Notes under the pieces: generated by a model
Databases searched by the model: none
What the model was told of the DNA's origin: nothing
Seen by the model: the letters and a program-made list of their open reading frames with translations, nothing else
Translations under genes and position numbers: made by a program
From: Lama guanicoe
Taxonomy: Eukaryota
Length of the DNA: 64,000 nucleotides
Reading direction: 5' to 3'
NCBI GenBank assembly: GCA_013239625.1
Contig: MU054338.1
Location: forward strand, 3,495,371 to 3,559,370
In this document: positions 23,701 to 35,049 of the stretch, one piece after another
How positions within the stretch are numbered: position 1 is the first letter of the stretch
Layout of the letters: every line of letters begins with the position of its first letter

Positions 23701-26329
23701 CCCAGGGAGCCCAGTGGCACTCTACAATGCCACACCCTGGCCACACCAGAGTGACCTGTTCCCCCATCTCCTGCAGAGGGTGGGAATGGGCCAGGCATGG
23801 CCTCTCCTCTCAGGATGGCCACTGACATGACAGCACCAGCCCCTGTTACCCCCCGGGGGCCGATGTCATCGGCTGGGTGGCAGGAATAGAAAAGCACATG
23901 AGCTCACCAGGCAGGCCGGGTCTCCCGCGACGTTTTGTTTGCCTGAGCCCAATTATACCAACTCTCAGGGCAATCGAGTATGGCGGGTGGCTGCCCCCAG
24001 GGGGCTGGGGGGGCCCGGGCCCCACGAAGAAGTGCACAGTCACGGTGAAGGTGCCCCCCGGGCCTGGGCAGAGGGCAAGACAAAGCTTTCCAAAGGGGGA
24101 GACTGAAGACTCGAAAGAAGGCATCAAGAGATACCCTTCAGAGGGCATAGTGGGGAGGCAGGGAGGGGATCCAGCTAGAGACCCAGGCCCAAGTTGGTGG
24201 GCTCTAGGATTTGGGGGCAGGAAGCAGCCACCCCCGGCCCCAGCTGCTTGCTTTCCGCAGCCAAAGTATCAGCTGGCAGAGGAAGACTAGAGAGCTGAGG
24301 GACAGAAGGCAGGCGAGATTGGCAGGGGGAGGGGGGCACAAAGGAAGGGGACCCTGGGAGGGGGAGGGGAGCTATGCAAATGGCAGAATCGACCGAATCC
24401 CTCTGCCATTAATAAAAGCTCCAGCAGCAGCTGGTATCACAGGAGTAGAGGCGCAAGCTGGCTCTCTCTTCTCACCGGTGGAAGGCGGCTCAGAGGGGGA
24501 AGCAGGGTGCCCCAAACAAAAGGGACCCACGTCCCCTGTACCCTAGGAACTACAACAAGGGGGAACATTGAAGCAAGGCCAGAATTCCAGCAGCCAAAGT
24601 CCCGAGGGAGGCCTCTGGGGGCTGGGAGCGGGGATCCCTGTCCTCGGGACCCACGGGGGATCCTCTGGCTTTGTCCCCGCTTCTTAGAGTCTTAACGCCA
24701 GGCCTGGATACCTCAGACAACCCCCCTTCACCAGCTGTTGGCCAGGCTGCTTTTTCAGGGGTTTGACCAGAGGTAGAAGGACCCCACGCTCAGAATGAGG
24801 ACTCCTGCCGGGATGGAGACGGGAAGAGGACGGGGGAATCCCAGCTGAGCCCGAGAGGGGGAGGGAGGCACCCCCCCAGATAGATGTACTGGGGAGGTTT
24901 GTTAATTTGGGGGATGAGGACCCAAGGGGAGCTAAATTTGAGGAAGGGTTGCAGAGAAAGGGACCCTCTCAAAAACCGCATATTCACGGGGCTACTAGAG
25001 GAGAATCTGAAACCGGGGGAAGGGGTCACTAAGGAGGAGGTTCCAGATTTGGGGGGTGTGGCTGAAAAAGACTCCAGTTTGGAGGGGGATGACTCTCTGA
25101 TTTGAGAATTTTGGAAAGCAGCTGAAGGGGAGTTCTCCAATTTAGTGAGGTTTCATGAAGGGAAGTGTCCAGGACTTGGGAGAGGGTGCTAAAGAGGGAT
25201 CATAAATTTGGGAGCGATTTCTATAAGGAGCAGTGAACTTGGCCGCAGCGTGGCCGAAACCCTCGCGCCGAGTACGGGTGCTCTAACTCGGGGGATGGGG
25301 CGAGGGGGGACTCCCGTCCGGGCAGGTCCCCCCACCGCGCCCCGCGCCCCTTTCAACCTGGTTCTGACAGCTCCGCCCCTGGGATGACGTCACCATCCCT
25401 CCCCCCAGCCCCCGAGGGGGCTCCCGGGGCGTGCAGAACCCGCGGGACTGGCAGCTCCAGGGGCGGCTTCCCCTCTCCCGGGATCCCCACGGGGCCCCCA
25501 GCGCGGAGGGGAGGTCGGGCGCCGGGCGCGCGCGTCCGTCGGTCTGCCAGAGTCCCTGGGGTTGGGGGCTGAGCCTTGCCCCACCTGGGGGGCTGGGAGG
25601 GGGCGCTGGGGCCGCAGAAGGGTGGGGCAAGGCCAAGGTAGCGGAGGGGCGCCCCTTCAAAGGATACACGAGGCCGGGAGGGCGCTAGGAGGAGACCGTG
25701 TTGAGCAGGGGGTCTCCAGGGGGAGGGGGACTGGAGAGCCAAGGCGGCGGGCACAGCAGCCGCCCTGGGCTCACCGGCCAGTCCGTCCCCCTCGTTCCCA
25801 CCTGAAGCCACCTGTCCCGGACTGGTCTCCACTCCGGGGCGCCCGCGCGCCCCTCACCCCCAGCACAGCGCCCTCTGCCACCAAGACCCGCCCGGGGAGC
25901 CTGGCCGGGCGCCGCCGGGACCAACACCCGCTCCGCACACACACGCGTCCCCCATCCGCGCCTTTGCCCCGCCCGCAGCCCGGGGTGGTGCAGCCGGCGG
26001 CCCTGGGCAGCTTCCAACGCCGCGCTCCGGGCGAGTCCGGCCCAGCCCCCTCTCCTGCCACGGCGAAGCCCCCAGCCCCGCCCGCCAAGCCCTCCCCGCG
26101 GCCCCTGCCCGCCTCGGCCCAGGCTCTCGGGGACGTTGTTTGGACGCAGCTTGCCGGGAGCCGCGGCTGGGCGTGCAGCCGGCTGCAGCAGAGCATCCTC
26201 CGAGCACAATGGCCGTGCAGGCTTCCCCGGCACAAAGCCGGCGCGCTGCCCACTCCGCTGCCTCCGAGACCCCCACTGGAGCACCTGCATTTTTAAAAAT
26301 CGGAGTCACGATTTTTTCCCTCTCTTTAC

Positions 26330-26450
26330 CTGGAGGCTGGCTGGGCTGGGCTCCCCCGGCTCTGGCCCGCTTCACATCCTGGCTGTTGCATGGGATCCGA
26401 GCGGAGCCCGAGCGCCAGCGCTTCCGCCGGCGCCGCCGCCGCCGGCCGGG
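26330..26450 (-). other. PTPRS: Non-coding first exon (5'UTR) of receptor-type tyrosine-protein phosphatase S
   Basis: Minus strand reads GCGCTGGCGCTCGGGCTCCGCTCGGATCCCATGCAACAGCCAGGATGTGAAGCGGGCCAGAGCCGGGGGAGCCCAGCCCAGCCAGCCTCCAG|GTAAAG, near-identical to the human PTPRS 5'UTR as I recall it, ending at the same exon boundary. GT donor at 26329-26328; lies in a CpG island. The 5' end (TSS) is approximate. Confidence 0.85.
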
Positions 26451-26620
26451 GGGCGGGGCCAGGACGGGGCCGGCCCGCGCGCGTCACTGCGCAGCCGCGC
26501 AACTGCCACGCCCTCCGGCCAATGAGGCGGCACGGCGAGGTCACGTGGCCCGGGGGCGTTTAAAGGGCTGAGGGAGCACGTGGGGCGTGGGGCTTCGCGG
26601 GACACGTGGGTGGCGGCGTC
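26420..26620 (-). promoter_or_regulatory. PTPRS: Proximal promoter: ETS, GC box, CRE half-site, CCAAT, three CACGTG E-boxes
   Basis: CTTCCG 26421-26426, GGGGCGGGG 26450-26458, GCGTCAC 26481-26487, CCAAT 26519-26523, CACGTG at 26542-26547, 26577-26582 and 26603-26608. Confidence 0.7.
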
Positions 26621-27169
26621 TGCACAATGGATCTCTCTGGTCAGGGGTCTGCCCCCTAGCCCCAGGGCGCTTGACACAAAGGCCACGAACTGCTCTAAAC
26701 TCTGCCGTGGCTCCCCAGTGCGTTTCAGATAAAATCCAGCGTCCTCTGTGAGGCCCGCCTCTCTAAGTTCGCACCCATCACTCTGTCTTCAGGTGTCCAT
26801 ACCCGAGCCAAGCCAGCGTATTACAGTTCTTCCAACTTGCTCACTCCTGACTCAGGACCCTTGCCCCTGCTGTTCCTTCACCTGGAATAGTCTTCCCCCA
26901 AGATCTTTCCCGTCTCTGCTCAACTGGCAGCTCCTGGGAGAAGCCCTCTTTGACAATGGCCGCCAGCCATCTCACGTTTCATCCTCTATCCCATCATCCT
27001 GATTTTATTCTGGTAATGCTAGAGTGTGACTCCGTGAAGCCTGGAGATCCCTGTGTATGGTTGCATGGATGAGGGAACATTTCCTGCAGAGTAAGCACCT
27101 TACAAACTTCTCACCTAATTACTATCCCCTGCTGCCCTTGAGTTGCAACAAACCACAGTAGGAACCCCA

Positions 27170-27340
27170 GTTCAGACACTGTCTTGCTGTGTGGGGCCTG
27201 TCTCAGCTTTCCCACTTGCAAAATGGGTTTGCCTCTCTGGGTCTCAGTTTCCCATCTGTGAAATGGGGCAAGGTGGCCCCTGCTCACAAAAGAGTGTAAG
27301 GATGAGGTGTGATACTCTGCCTGCCTGGCCTGTAGTTGGT
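27170..27340 (+). mobile_element. MIR SINE
   Basis: CTCTCTGGGTCTCAGTTTCCCATCTGTGAAATGGGG. Confidence 0.7.
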
Positions 27341-28269
27341 GCCTGAAAATGGGCTAATGAGAAAAAAAGAAAGAAAAAGAAAAGGGAGGATTACCACGGA
27401 AGGTGGAAGAGATCAAAGACACCAAACAAGATTGTACATCAAATGGTTGTTTTCTGAACTGGTTCGAAGCATTTTATTTCTTCAAGGTAGACATTTGGAG
27501 AGAGCCTCATGCCTACAAAAGGACTCAAGTTTTGAATTTGGGGATTTTTTCCTCTAAAATCGTTGATTCATTCATTCCTGGCCAAAGATACAGATATAAA
27601 CAAAAGGCATTAACCCTGGGAACAAAATGAGAAGGCGGAAGTCATAAATAGGAAAAGAGAGAGGAGAGAATGAATAATTAAACAAGGAACCTAAATTAAG
27701 CTCGGAGTTTCCCAGCGGCCAGTGCAGCAGCCAGGTTTGCAGAACCTATTTTGTCCTTCCTGGCTGTGTGACCCTGACCCAGCCATTGACAATGTGACCT
27801 TGGTTTTCTCATCCAAGCAATGGGGATGCAACCTCATCTTGAAGGATCAAATGGGATGGTCTGTGCACAAATGCTGAGCTGATCTGAGGTACACAATAGG
27901 TGCTCAAACCTTACATGCTTGATGGAGGCAGAGTGAAATGAGATTGCTAGCTCTGGAGGGGATGGACATGGCATGAGCCACACTCAGCCCTGCTGCCTGT
28001 TAGGAGCAAGACTTTGAACAAGTCTCTCTGAGCCTCAATGTTATCATCTGCAAAAAAGTTACAACCATATCTACTTCTGAGAGTTCTTGTGAGTGGCAAA
28101 GGAAAACAAATGTAAAATATGGTTCAGACTATGCTCAGGAAACCCATCCATTCAGGCCATCAATCTGTATGCCAGGCTGTTTTAAAGGCTGGGGCGCAGA
28201 AGTAAACAAAACAGGCTAAAAAATTCCCACCCTCCAAGAGTTAAGAGTCCAGTGGAGGAAACAGACAAT

Positions 28270-28640
28270 ATCTCACTTGGGGTAAAAACCCAAGTCCGCT
28301 TGCAGTGCACAAGGTCCTACACTGCCTGCCCCCATTACCTCCCTGCCTCACCTCCTCCATCCCCCTTGCTCACTCCACTCCACCCATAGTAGCCTCTTCA
28401 TTGTTCCTTGCAAACATCAGGCACAGTCCAGCCTCAGGGCCTTCGCACTGGCTATTCCTTCTGCCTAGGATGCTGTTCCTCCTGCTCTTACCCAAAGCCA
28501 GCTCCTTCTCATCCCTCAAGTCTCTGAGAGACCCTCCCTGACCATTCTGCCAAAATTTATCTTCATCTCAGTACTGGATTATTTATTACAATTTGGAGTG
28601 ATTTATATTTTGGGCAGTTTGCTTATTTTCTATCTCCCCT
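28270..28640 (+). mobile_element. L2 fragment
   Basis: GTAAAAACCCAAGTCC...CTCACTCCACTCC...CCTCAGGGCCTTCGCACTGGCT...CCCTCCCTGACCA. Confidence 0.7.
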
Positions 28641-29670
28641 CTTTATCTGTGCCTCAGTTTGCCCATCTGCCAATGGGGGATGATAATAGTCTCTATCTCC
28701 TAGAGTTGTTGGGAGATGAAATGAATTATCTCCTCTAGATGTAAGAAAGGATGGCTTGATAAATGTGACCGCTGTCAGTGGGAAAACTGGGATGGCTGGC
28801 CAGGTGATCGTAAAAATCAATGCAAGGAGAACAGAACATTCTAGTCTGATATTGTTGCAGCCTCTGGCCAGCTCCAGAGGGATGACAAGTGTCAGAAAGG
28901 CATTAAGTTTCCAGTAATACCAAACCAAGACTTCCTGCAAGCCAAAGGTTGAAGAGATAAGAGAAGGAAATGTTCTCCCTGGGGGCATGGCTTAAGCCTC
29001 AAAGTTCCACACTGTGGAAAATCCTAGAATTGGGAGATGGGGCGTGGTAGGCTCTGGGTCTCTTTTGTGTCTGCCAACCATGGGACTGGCAAGCTGTCAA
29101 TGTGTCTCATTGTTTGTTGGGTGAAAAGTTCAGTCAGTGAACATCTCTACCTTTTGCAGGAGAGAGGTGGGCTCTCTCCACCCTTCCACCCTCCTCCTCT
29201 TCCCTGCCAGCACAACCTCCGCCCCAGCATCTCCCAGAACCTGGTAATTAGCTTCATTGTGTTTTTGTTGAGACAACTCCAGAGGAACCATCAACTGCCC
29301 ATCACGGTATATACACAGGACTCCTCATGCCAAGTTCAGGAATGTCTGCCCAGAACCCAGCCTTCAATTCTTGCAAGCCTGGTCCAAAACATCTCCCCTA
29401 CGACTTTGTCCTACGTCAGAGATTCCACTATCTTTGTACATTCCTTCAAATTAAACATCCCCCCCCACCTCTGTCTCCAAGATCACATCAGATGCCAAAG
29501 AGAAAAAAGACAGATGGAAACACCCCTTTTGCTGACTGCCTGCTCTTAACTGGGTTCAATGTGGGGCTCCTTTGGTGGTGGTGGGGGTTCCCTGATTTAG
29601 TTTATTAGGTAAGTTTTGGGACTCTGGAGTCAGAGAGACATGGTTTCAGATCTTGCCTGTGGCACTTAAC

Positions 29671-30931
29671 GAGATTCAACATCCCTTCACGATAAAACAC
29701 TCAACAAACTTGACATAGATCTGATAAGGCGCATCTATAGCTAACATCATACTTAATGGTGAAAGACTGGATGTTGTCCCCCTAAGATCAAGAATAAGAC
29801 AAGGATATCTGCTCTTACCAGTCCTATTCAACATTGTGCTGGAGGTTATTGCCAGGTAATTAAACAAGAAGATAAAATAAAAGTCATCCAGACTGGAAAT
29901 GAAGAAGTAAATCTCTATTTGCATGACATCATTTTGCAGATAGAAAATCCTAAGGAATCCACTATAAAACATTAAAACTAGTAAACAAGTTCAGCAAGGC
30001 TGCAGGATGCAAGATCAATCCACAAAAATCCATTGTATTTCCTAAGCAGAGGCAATAAACAAACACAATGAAATTAAGAAACCAATTCCATTTGCAATTG
30101 ATCAAAAAGAATAAAATACCTAGGAATACATTTACTGAAAAATGCAAAACTTATACTATGGAAACAAGATGTTGCTGAGAGAAATCAAAGATGACTTAAA
30201 TAAATGGAAAGACATCCCATGTTCATGGATTGGAAGACTTAATATTGTTAAGATGGCAACATTCCCCAAATTGATTTACAGGTTCAACCTAATCATTATC
30301 GAAATCCCAATTGGTTTCATTGCAGAGATTGACAAACTGATCCTAAAATTCATATGGGAATTGTAGGGACTCAGATAGCCAAAAGAACCTTGAAAAGTAA
30401 CAAAGTTGGGGGGCTCACACTTCCCAATTTCAAAACTGATTGCAAAGCTACAGTCATCAAGACAGTGTGGTATTGGCTTAAGAATAAACAATCAATGGAA
30501 TAACATTGAGAGTCTGGAATAAACCCTCCCATCTATGGTGAATTGATTTTCATGAGGTTGTCAATTCAGTGGAAGAAAGAATGGTCTTCAACAAGTGGCA
30601 CTGGGAAAACTGTGTATCCATAGACAAAAGAATGAATTTGGACCCCTACCTCACACCATAGGTAAAAGTTAATTCAAAATGGATCCTAGACCTAAATTTA
30701 GAGCTAAAACTGTAAAACTCTTGTGTAAAAACATAGGCATAAATCTTTACAGTTTTCAACTAGACAATGGATTCTTTTGGGGTCATGAAAATATTCTAAA
30801 ATTAGATAGTGGATGATAGGTGATGATGATGGGGGTTTGTGAGTATACTAAAAACTATTGATTTATAGACTTCAAATGGATGAATGGTATGGCATGTAAA
30901 TTACATCTCGATAATGCTAGCATTAAAAAAA
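29671..30931 (+). mobile_element. L1 (L1M) LINE remnant: degenerate ORF2 segment joined to the 3'UTR end, inserted in a MIR
   Basis: ORF 30142-30366 (LREIKDDLNKWKDIPCSWIGRLNIVKMA...PKLIYRFN) is L1 ORF2; neighbouring frames are broken. The 3'UTR end (TTGGGGTCATGAAAATATTCTAAAATTAGAT...TAAAAAAAA) follows from ~30777. Confidence 0.92.
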
Positions 30932-31429
30932 ATCTTGGCTATGTCACCTCTGCATTATATGACTTTGAGCAAACCATGTGTGCTTCCTGCATTCTGAGTT
31001 TCTTTGCCCTGGTATCAGGTATAATTAGACTTACCCCGCCCAGGCTTTCTGTGAGGGTCAAATGAGCCACATCACAGGGAACTGTTTTGAAAAGTGTAAA
31101 GAAATATTTGAATCCAAGTATCCAGGAGAAAGAAATGAACTTGAATTGACCTGATACAACCCTCCTGGGGAGTAGTATACAGCTATGAAAAAGGATTGGT
31201 GGCACGGACCCATGAGGAAAGATCTCCAGGGTAGTCTGTTTGTGACAAATGCAGGTGGAGAGCTTGGATGATCATGTTCCACCTTTTATCTAAGTTTTCA
31301 GCTTATCCTTCCTTATTTTAATAGGAGCAAAGTCAAATATTTGCATTTCTATAAAACCAGGTCACCACCATCATCCAAGTTAAATGACCAGGTGGGACTG
31401 ATCATTCAAACAATTCTCTTAAAATGGCA

Positions 31430-31735
31430 TCTTTCTCCTGTGGTGACAGAATAGTTCTAAATCTTGATGATGGTTGTGGTTACACAAATCTGAATGTGAT
31501 AAAAATGATAACTACACACACATCACACAAACACACACACACACACACACACACACATAAACCCGAGAAGTCTGGAAGAGGTCAGTGGATTGTAGAATGT
31601 CAGTTTCCTTATTTTGACAATGTTTTGTGATTATGAAAGATGTGACCACTGGGGGAAGCTGGGTGAAGGGTACACAGACCTCTCTGTACTATTTTTGCAA
31701 CTCCCTGTAAATCTATAATCATTTCAAAATACAAT
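31430..31735 (+). mobile_element. L1MC-type 3'UTR fragment containing a (CA)n run
   Basis: GGGGGAAGCTGGGTGAAGGGTACACAGACCTCTCTGTACTATTTTTGCAACT...TTTCAAAATA. Confidence 0.8.
31515..31557. repeat. Interrupted (CA)n microsatellite
   Basis: ACACACACATCACACAAACACACACACACACACACACACACACA seen directly. Confidence 0.9.
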
Positions 31736-32050
31736 GCTTTTCAAGCATATTGGGAGGCTGAGAAGCACCCCTTGGTGTGTGTCCTGTCTGCTTCTCACGC
31801 CTTGGCTGGCCATGAGTGTTGCTTCCTGTCTTTGGTGCCCGAGGACAACGCTGTGCTAAACATTTCAGCTCTCACCCATCCTCATGCAAGCTGCTTTCCC
31901 TCCCTCTCCATCAAACCCAGCCATTCCTCATTTAAGCTCTCATAGACAGTTAGTGAGAGAAGAAACAGGAGAGCCCTGAATCTTTGGAGCATGAAGGACA
32001 GGGGGCCTGCGGTGGGTAGAACCCCGGCCGCTCTGCCTGGACTTTGGAAC

Positions 32051-32485
32051 CTGTTTTAGTTTTCTGGGCCTCCTGTAACGAAACGCCACAAACTGGGTGC
32101 TTTGGGCAAGGGAATTCTGCTGTCTCACAGCTTTGGAGGTTAGAAGTCCCAAATCAAGGTGTCAGCAGGGCTGGTTCCTTCTGAGTGCTGCAAGGGGAGC
32201 CTCGGTCCCGGGCCTCTCTCCTTGGCTTAGAGACGGCTGTCTTCCCCCTGGATCTCTTCAGATTATCTTCCCTCCAGGTATGTCTGTCTCTGGGTTGAAA
32301 TTTCCCCTTTTTATAAGGACACCAGCCGTTGGTTTAGGGCCCACGCTAATGACCGCATGTTAACTTAATCACCTCTGTAAAGAGCTTCTCTCCAAATGAA
32401 GCCACTTTTTGAGGTCCTAATGGTTAGGACTCCAGCACACCGCTTTTGGCGGGGGAAGGGGGAGAATGCTACTTAACCCAGAACC
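32051..32485 (-). mobile_element. MLT1B/C (ERVL-MaLR) solo LTR
   Basis: CCACAAACTGGGTG...CTCACAG...AAATCAAGGTGTCAGCAGGGCTGGTTCCTTCTGAG...TTTATAAGGACACCAG...TAGGGCCCAC...TAACTTAATCACCTCTGTAAAG. Confidence 0.85.
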
Positions 32486-35049
32486 ACCTTGCCCAGAGGG
32501 TGACTCTGCTGAAATCCACCCAGGACTTCAGCTGCTCCTGGCTAATTAAGGGGCCAAGACACACTACTAGAGACACCGGCTGCTGGGCCCCTACATCAGG
32601 TGTACCCTTTGCTGGTGGCGAGAAGTTCGAGGCTTTGGGCGAGGCTGGGGGTGCCTTGCCTCAGGTTAGCTCTGGGGCCTGCCCGGCATATGGGGAGATC
32701 AAGGGGCTTTATTGCACTTTATTTACTTCCAGGGATCCAATGACAATCTTCAAAACTGGCCTCTGTTATCGTCTACCTGGTGCAGATGAGGCCTCTTGAC
32801 TCACCCATTCCCAGGAACAGAGGGCTGGATTGTCCACCAGGAGAGGGCTGTGCTGGGTGTTGTGTCTAGGGTCCGAGGGACACACCTGGTCTCGCCATCC
32901 AGACTCCCGCGGCCGCAGTGCCGCCAAGTCACCATCATCACCTCAGGGCCCCAAGCGTGGCACCTGGACATCTGGGAGGGCCCCGGGTGGCTTTACGTCC
33001 TACACAGCCAGAGCATCACACACCATGGAATCGCTGTCGGCCAAAGCTGTGCACCTCTCGATTTTCTTTCCGGGAGAAAGTCTCCGTGGTGCTAGCTGAG
33101 TCATGAATGCCTGCCTGCTCACAGTCACTCAACACTGTTTCCCAGGAAGGAGAGAGCTGGCCTGGTGGGAGTCTGTGCCCGAGAACGGTGGTCGCAGCTC
33201 AGACTGGGTAATTGCTTTTGATTTTGTTCATTTCATACCTGAGTCTTCATGGTTTTTCTTGGTCAACTTTGGCCTTCCTTATTCCCTGGGCTTTTTCTTT
33301 TTACTGGCCTTTGTGTATTCATTCCATTTGTACTTGCATTCGATACTAGAGAGGCGTGGCCGAAAGTTTCTTTTGGAAAAAAAAAAAAGTTGACTTCCCT
33401 AGAAGCAAACGAAGGCAGGTGAAGAAAACCTTAAGTAACCCGGCCAGACACTGCCAAGCCCCTCGATGTCGGAGGAGGATGAAGTCAAACAGATTGAATT
33501 ATTTGGCTGAACACTGATGTAGCCTGAAAAGTGTAGGACTCTGTGAGACCCATTTTACAGGTAAGGAAACTGAGGCTCCAGGAGGTGATGTCACCGGCTC
33601 AGGGATGAGTGTGGAGCAAAGACCAGCCAACTGCAGAAGCTATGCTCTCTCCTTCCTCAGTGGCCCTACCTCAGGACATTTCCAGGCTGTTCCAACCTCC
33701 CGGCCTGCCCTCTCTGCCCCTTGCCGCCACGCCACATTTTTGCCAACTCCTGCCCACCACCTACAAGAGGCCCTCCTGACTCTTCCAGCCCCCAACCCTT
33801 GGTCTCAAGTCACTATGAAAGCTGGGCTGGGGGCCCATCCGTCCATCTCACAGAGCCAAACACACTATGGGACTTGCTGAGTACCTACGGAGTGTGTGGG
33901 ACCTTCCCTGTGTGTGAAAAGGGTTAACTCACTTCATTTGCATACCATGCCCAGATGCATTTTGGGAATAGACTGCAGCCCTGCTGCAAGAGTGGATGAG
34001 GGGAGTCCTTGGAGCACCCGAGAGGTGGATGAAGGGAATAGGGCTCCTTCCGGGCAGAGCTAGAAGGGTCTGAGCTGGGGGGATGTGGGCAGAACAGGGC
34101 ACAGATCACCCTAACTACTGGGGTGGGGTCAGTCAGAGTGACGTCCCTTCTCCCTATGGTGAACCGGTCAGAGGTGAGAGCATCCAGAGGTGGGCTTACC
34201 TCTCCACAGGCTGACCTCAGTTTACTGATGTGCATTTTGGGTACATGGTATAGTCTCCCAAAAACTTAAGGGGTGCACCAATTCAGCCGAGCCCGGGTTA
34301 ACTACTGTGTGACTAATCACACACACAGTAGGCTTTTAGTCAGATGTCATCGTGTTTTTTTCCACTTCTCCAAAGGAAACCAGGCCTAAGAGAGAGGACA
34401 TGAATTAGCCAGGACCCACAGTGGGCATGAATGTCCCAGCAGAGCTGCGGTTTAGCCCTCTCCCTGCCACCCTCACTGGCTCCCACCCGACCACAAGTGG
34501 GATCGTCCTGGCAGCGGAGATGTGGTGCAGGATAAAACGGGAAGTGCTAAATAGATCTGCTCGCCTGGCGTCCCAGTTACCCGTGGCACTCCTCGCCGGG
34601 CGCCTGGCGCTCTGGGGCCCTGCAGAAGGGCGCTTTTCCTGTGCCTGTGAGACTCAGGGCTGCTGCAGCATTTCAGACGCTGCACATGAGTCCCCCAGGC
34701 TATGGTCACTGCCTTGTCCCCCGATACTGTCGTGACTTTTCTGAACAGAAAGAAACCAAAACACGGGGGCATTTCTGAATTGAGAGCAGGCTGCCTGCTG
34801 AGGGAAAGGAGAAAGTCATCGACACAAAACAACAGAAACTTCCATCTGATGAGCATCTGCTATGCGCTAGGTTGTGGGCTGAGAGCTTCCCATGTCCTCA
34901 AGCAGCAGGAATCACCCCCATGGAGTAAGATGGATGATTTCTACCCATTTCACAGCAGAGTAAACTGAGGCTCAGAGAGGGACGGGAGGTACAGGCACTT
35001 GCATAGCTCGGGCCAGGCAGGGCTGGGTTTAGGGTCCCAGGTCTCAGTC

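Larger units (their letters stand above)
1..26329 (-). other. PTPRS: Intron 1 of PTPRS (partial, continues past the window start)
   Basis: Follows the exon-1 donor. I did not find the signal-peptide start-codon exon (MAPTW...) in the window, which fits a long first intron. Confidence 0.75.
25240..26690. promoter_or_regulatory. PTPRS: CpG island over the PTPRS promoter, exon 1 and start of intron 1
   Basis: Very GC-rich with dense CpG (GCGCGCGCG, CGCCGCCGCC runs), in sharp contrast to the CpG-depleted flanks; no interspersed repeats seen. Confidence 0.92.

Noticed and set aside
25562..26296. 244-aa, 201-aa and other long ORFs in the CpG island
   Set aside because: Stop codons are scarce at very high GC; several frames on both strands are open, with low-complexity translations.
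30142..30366. L1 ORF2-like 74-aa ORF as a functional gene
   Set aside because: Fragment of a decayed L1 with frameshifts and stops on either side.
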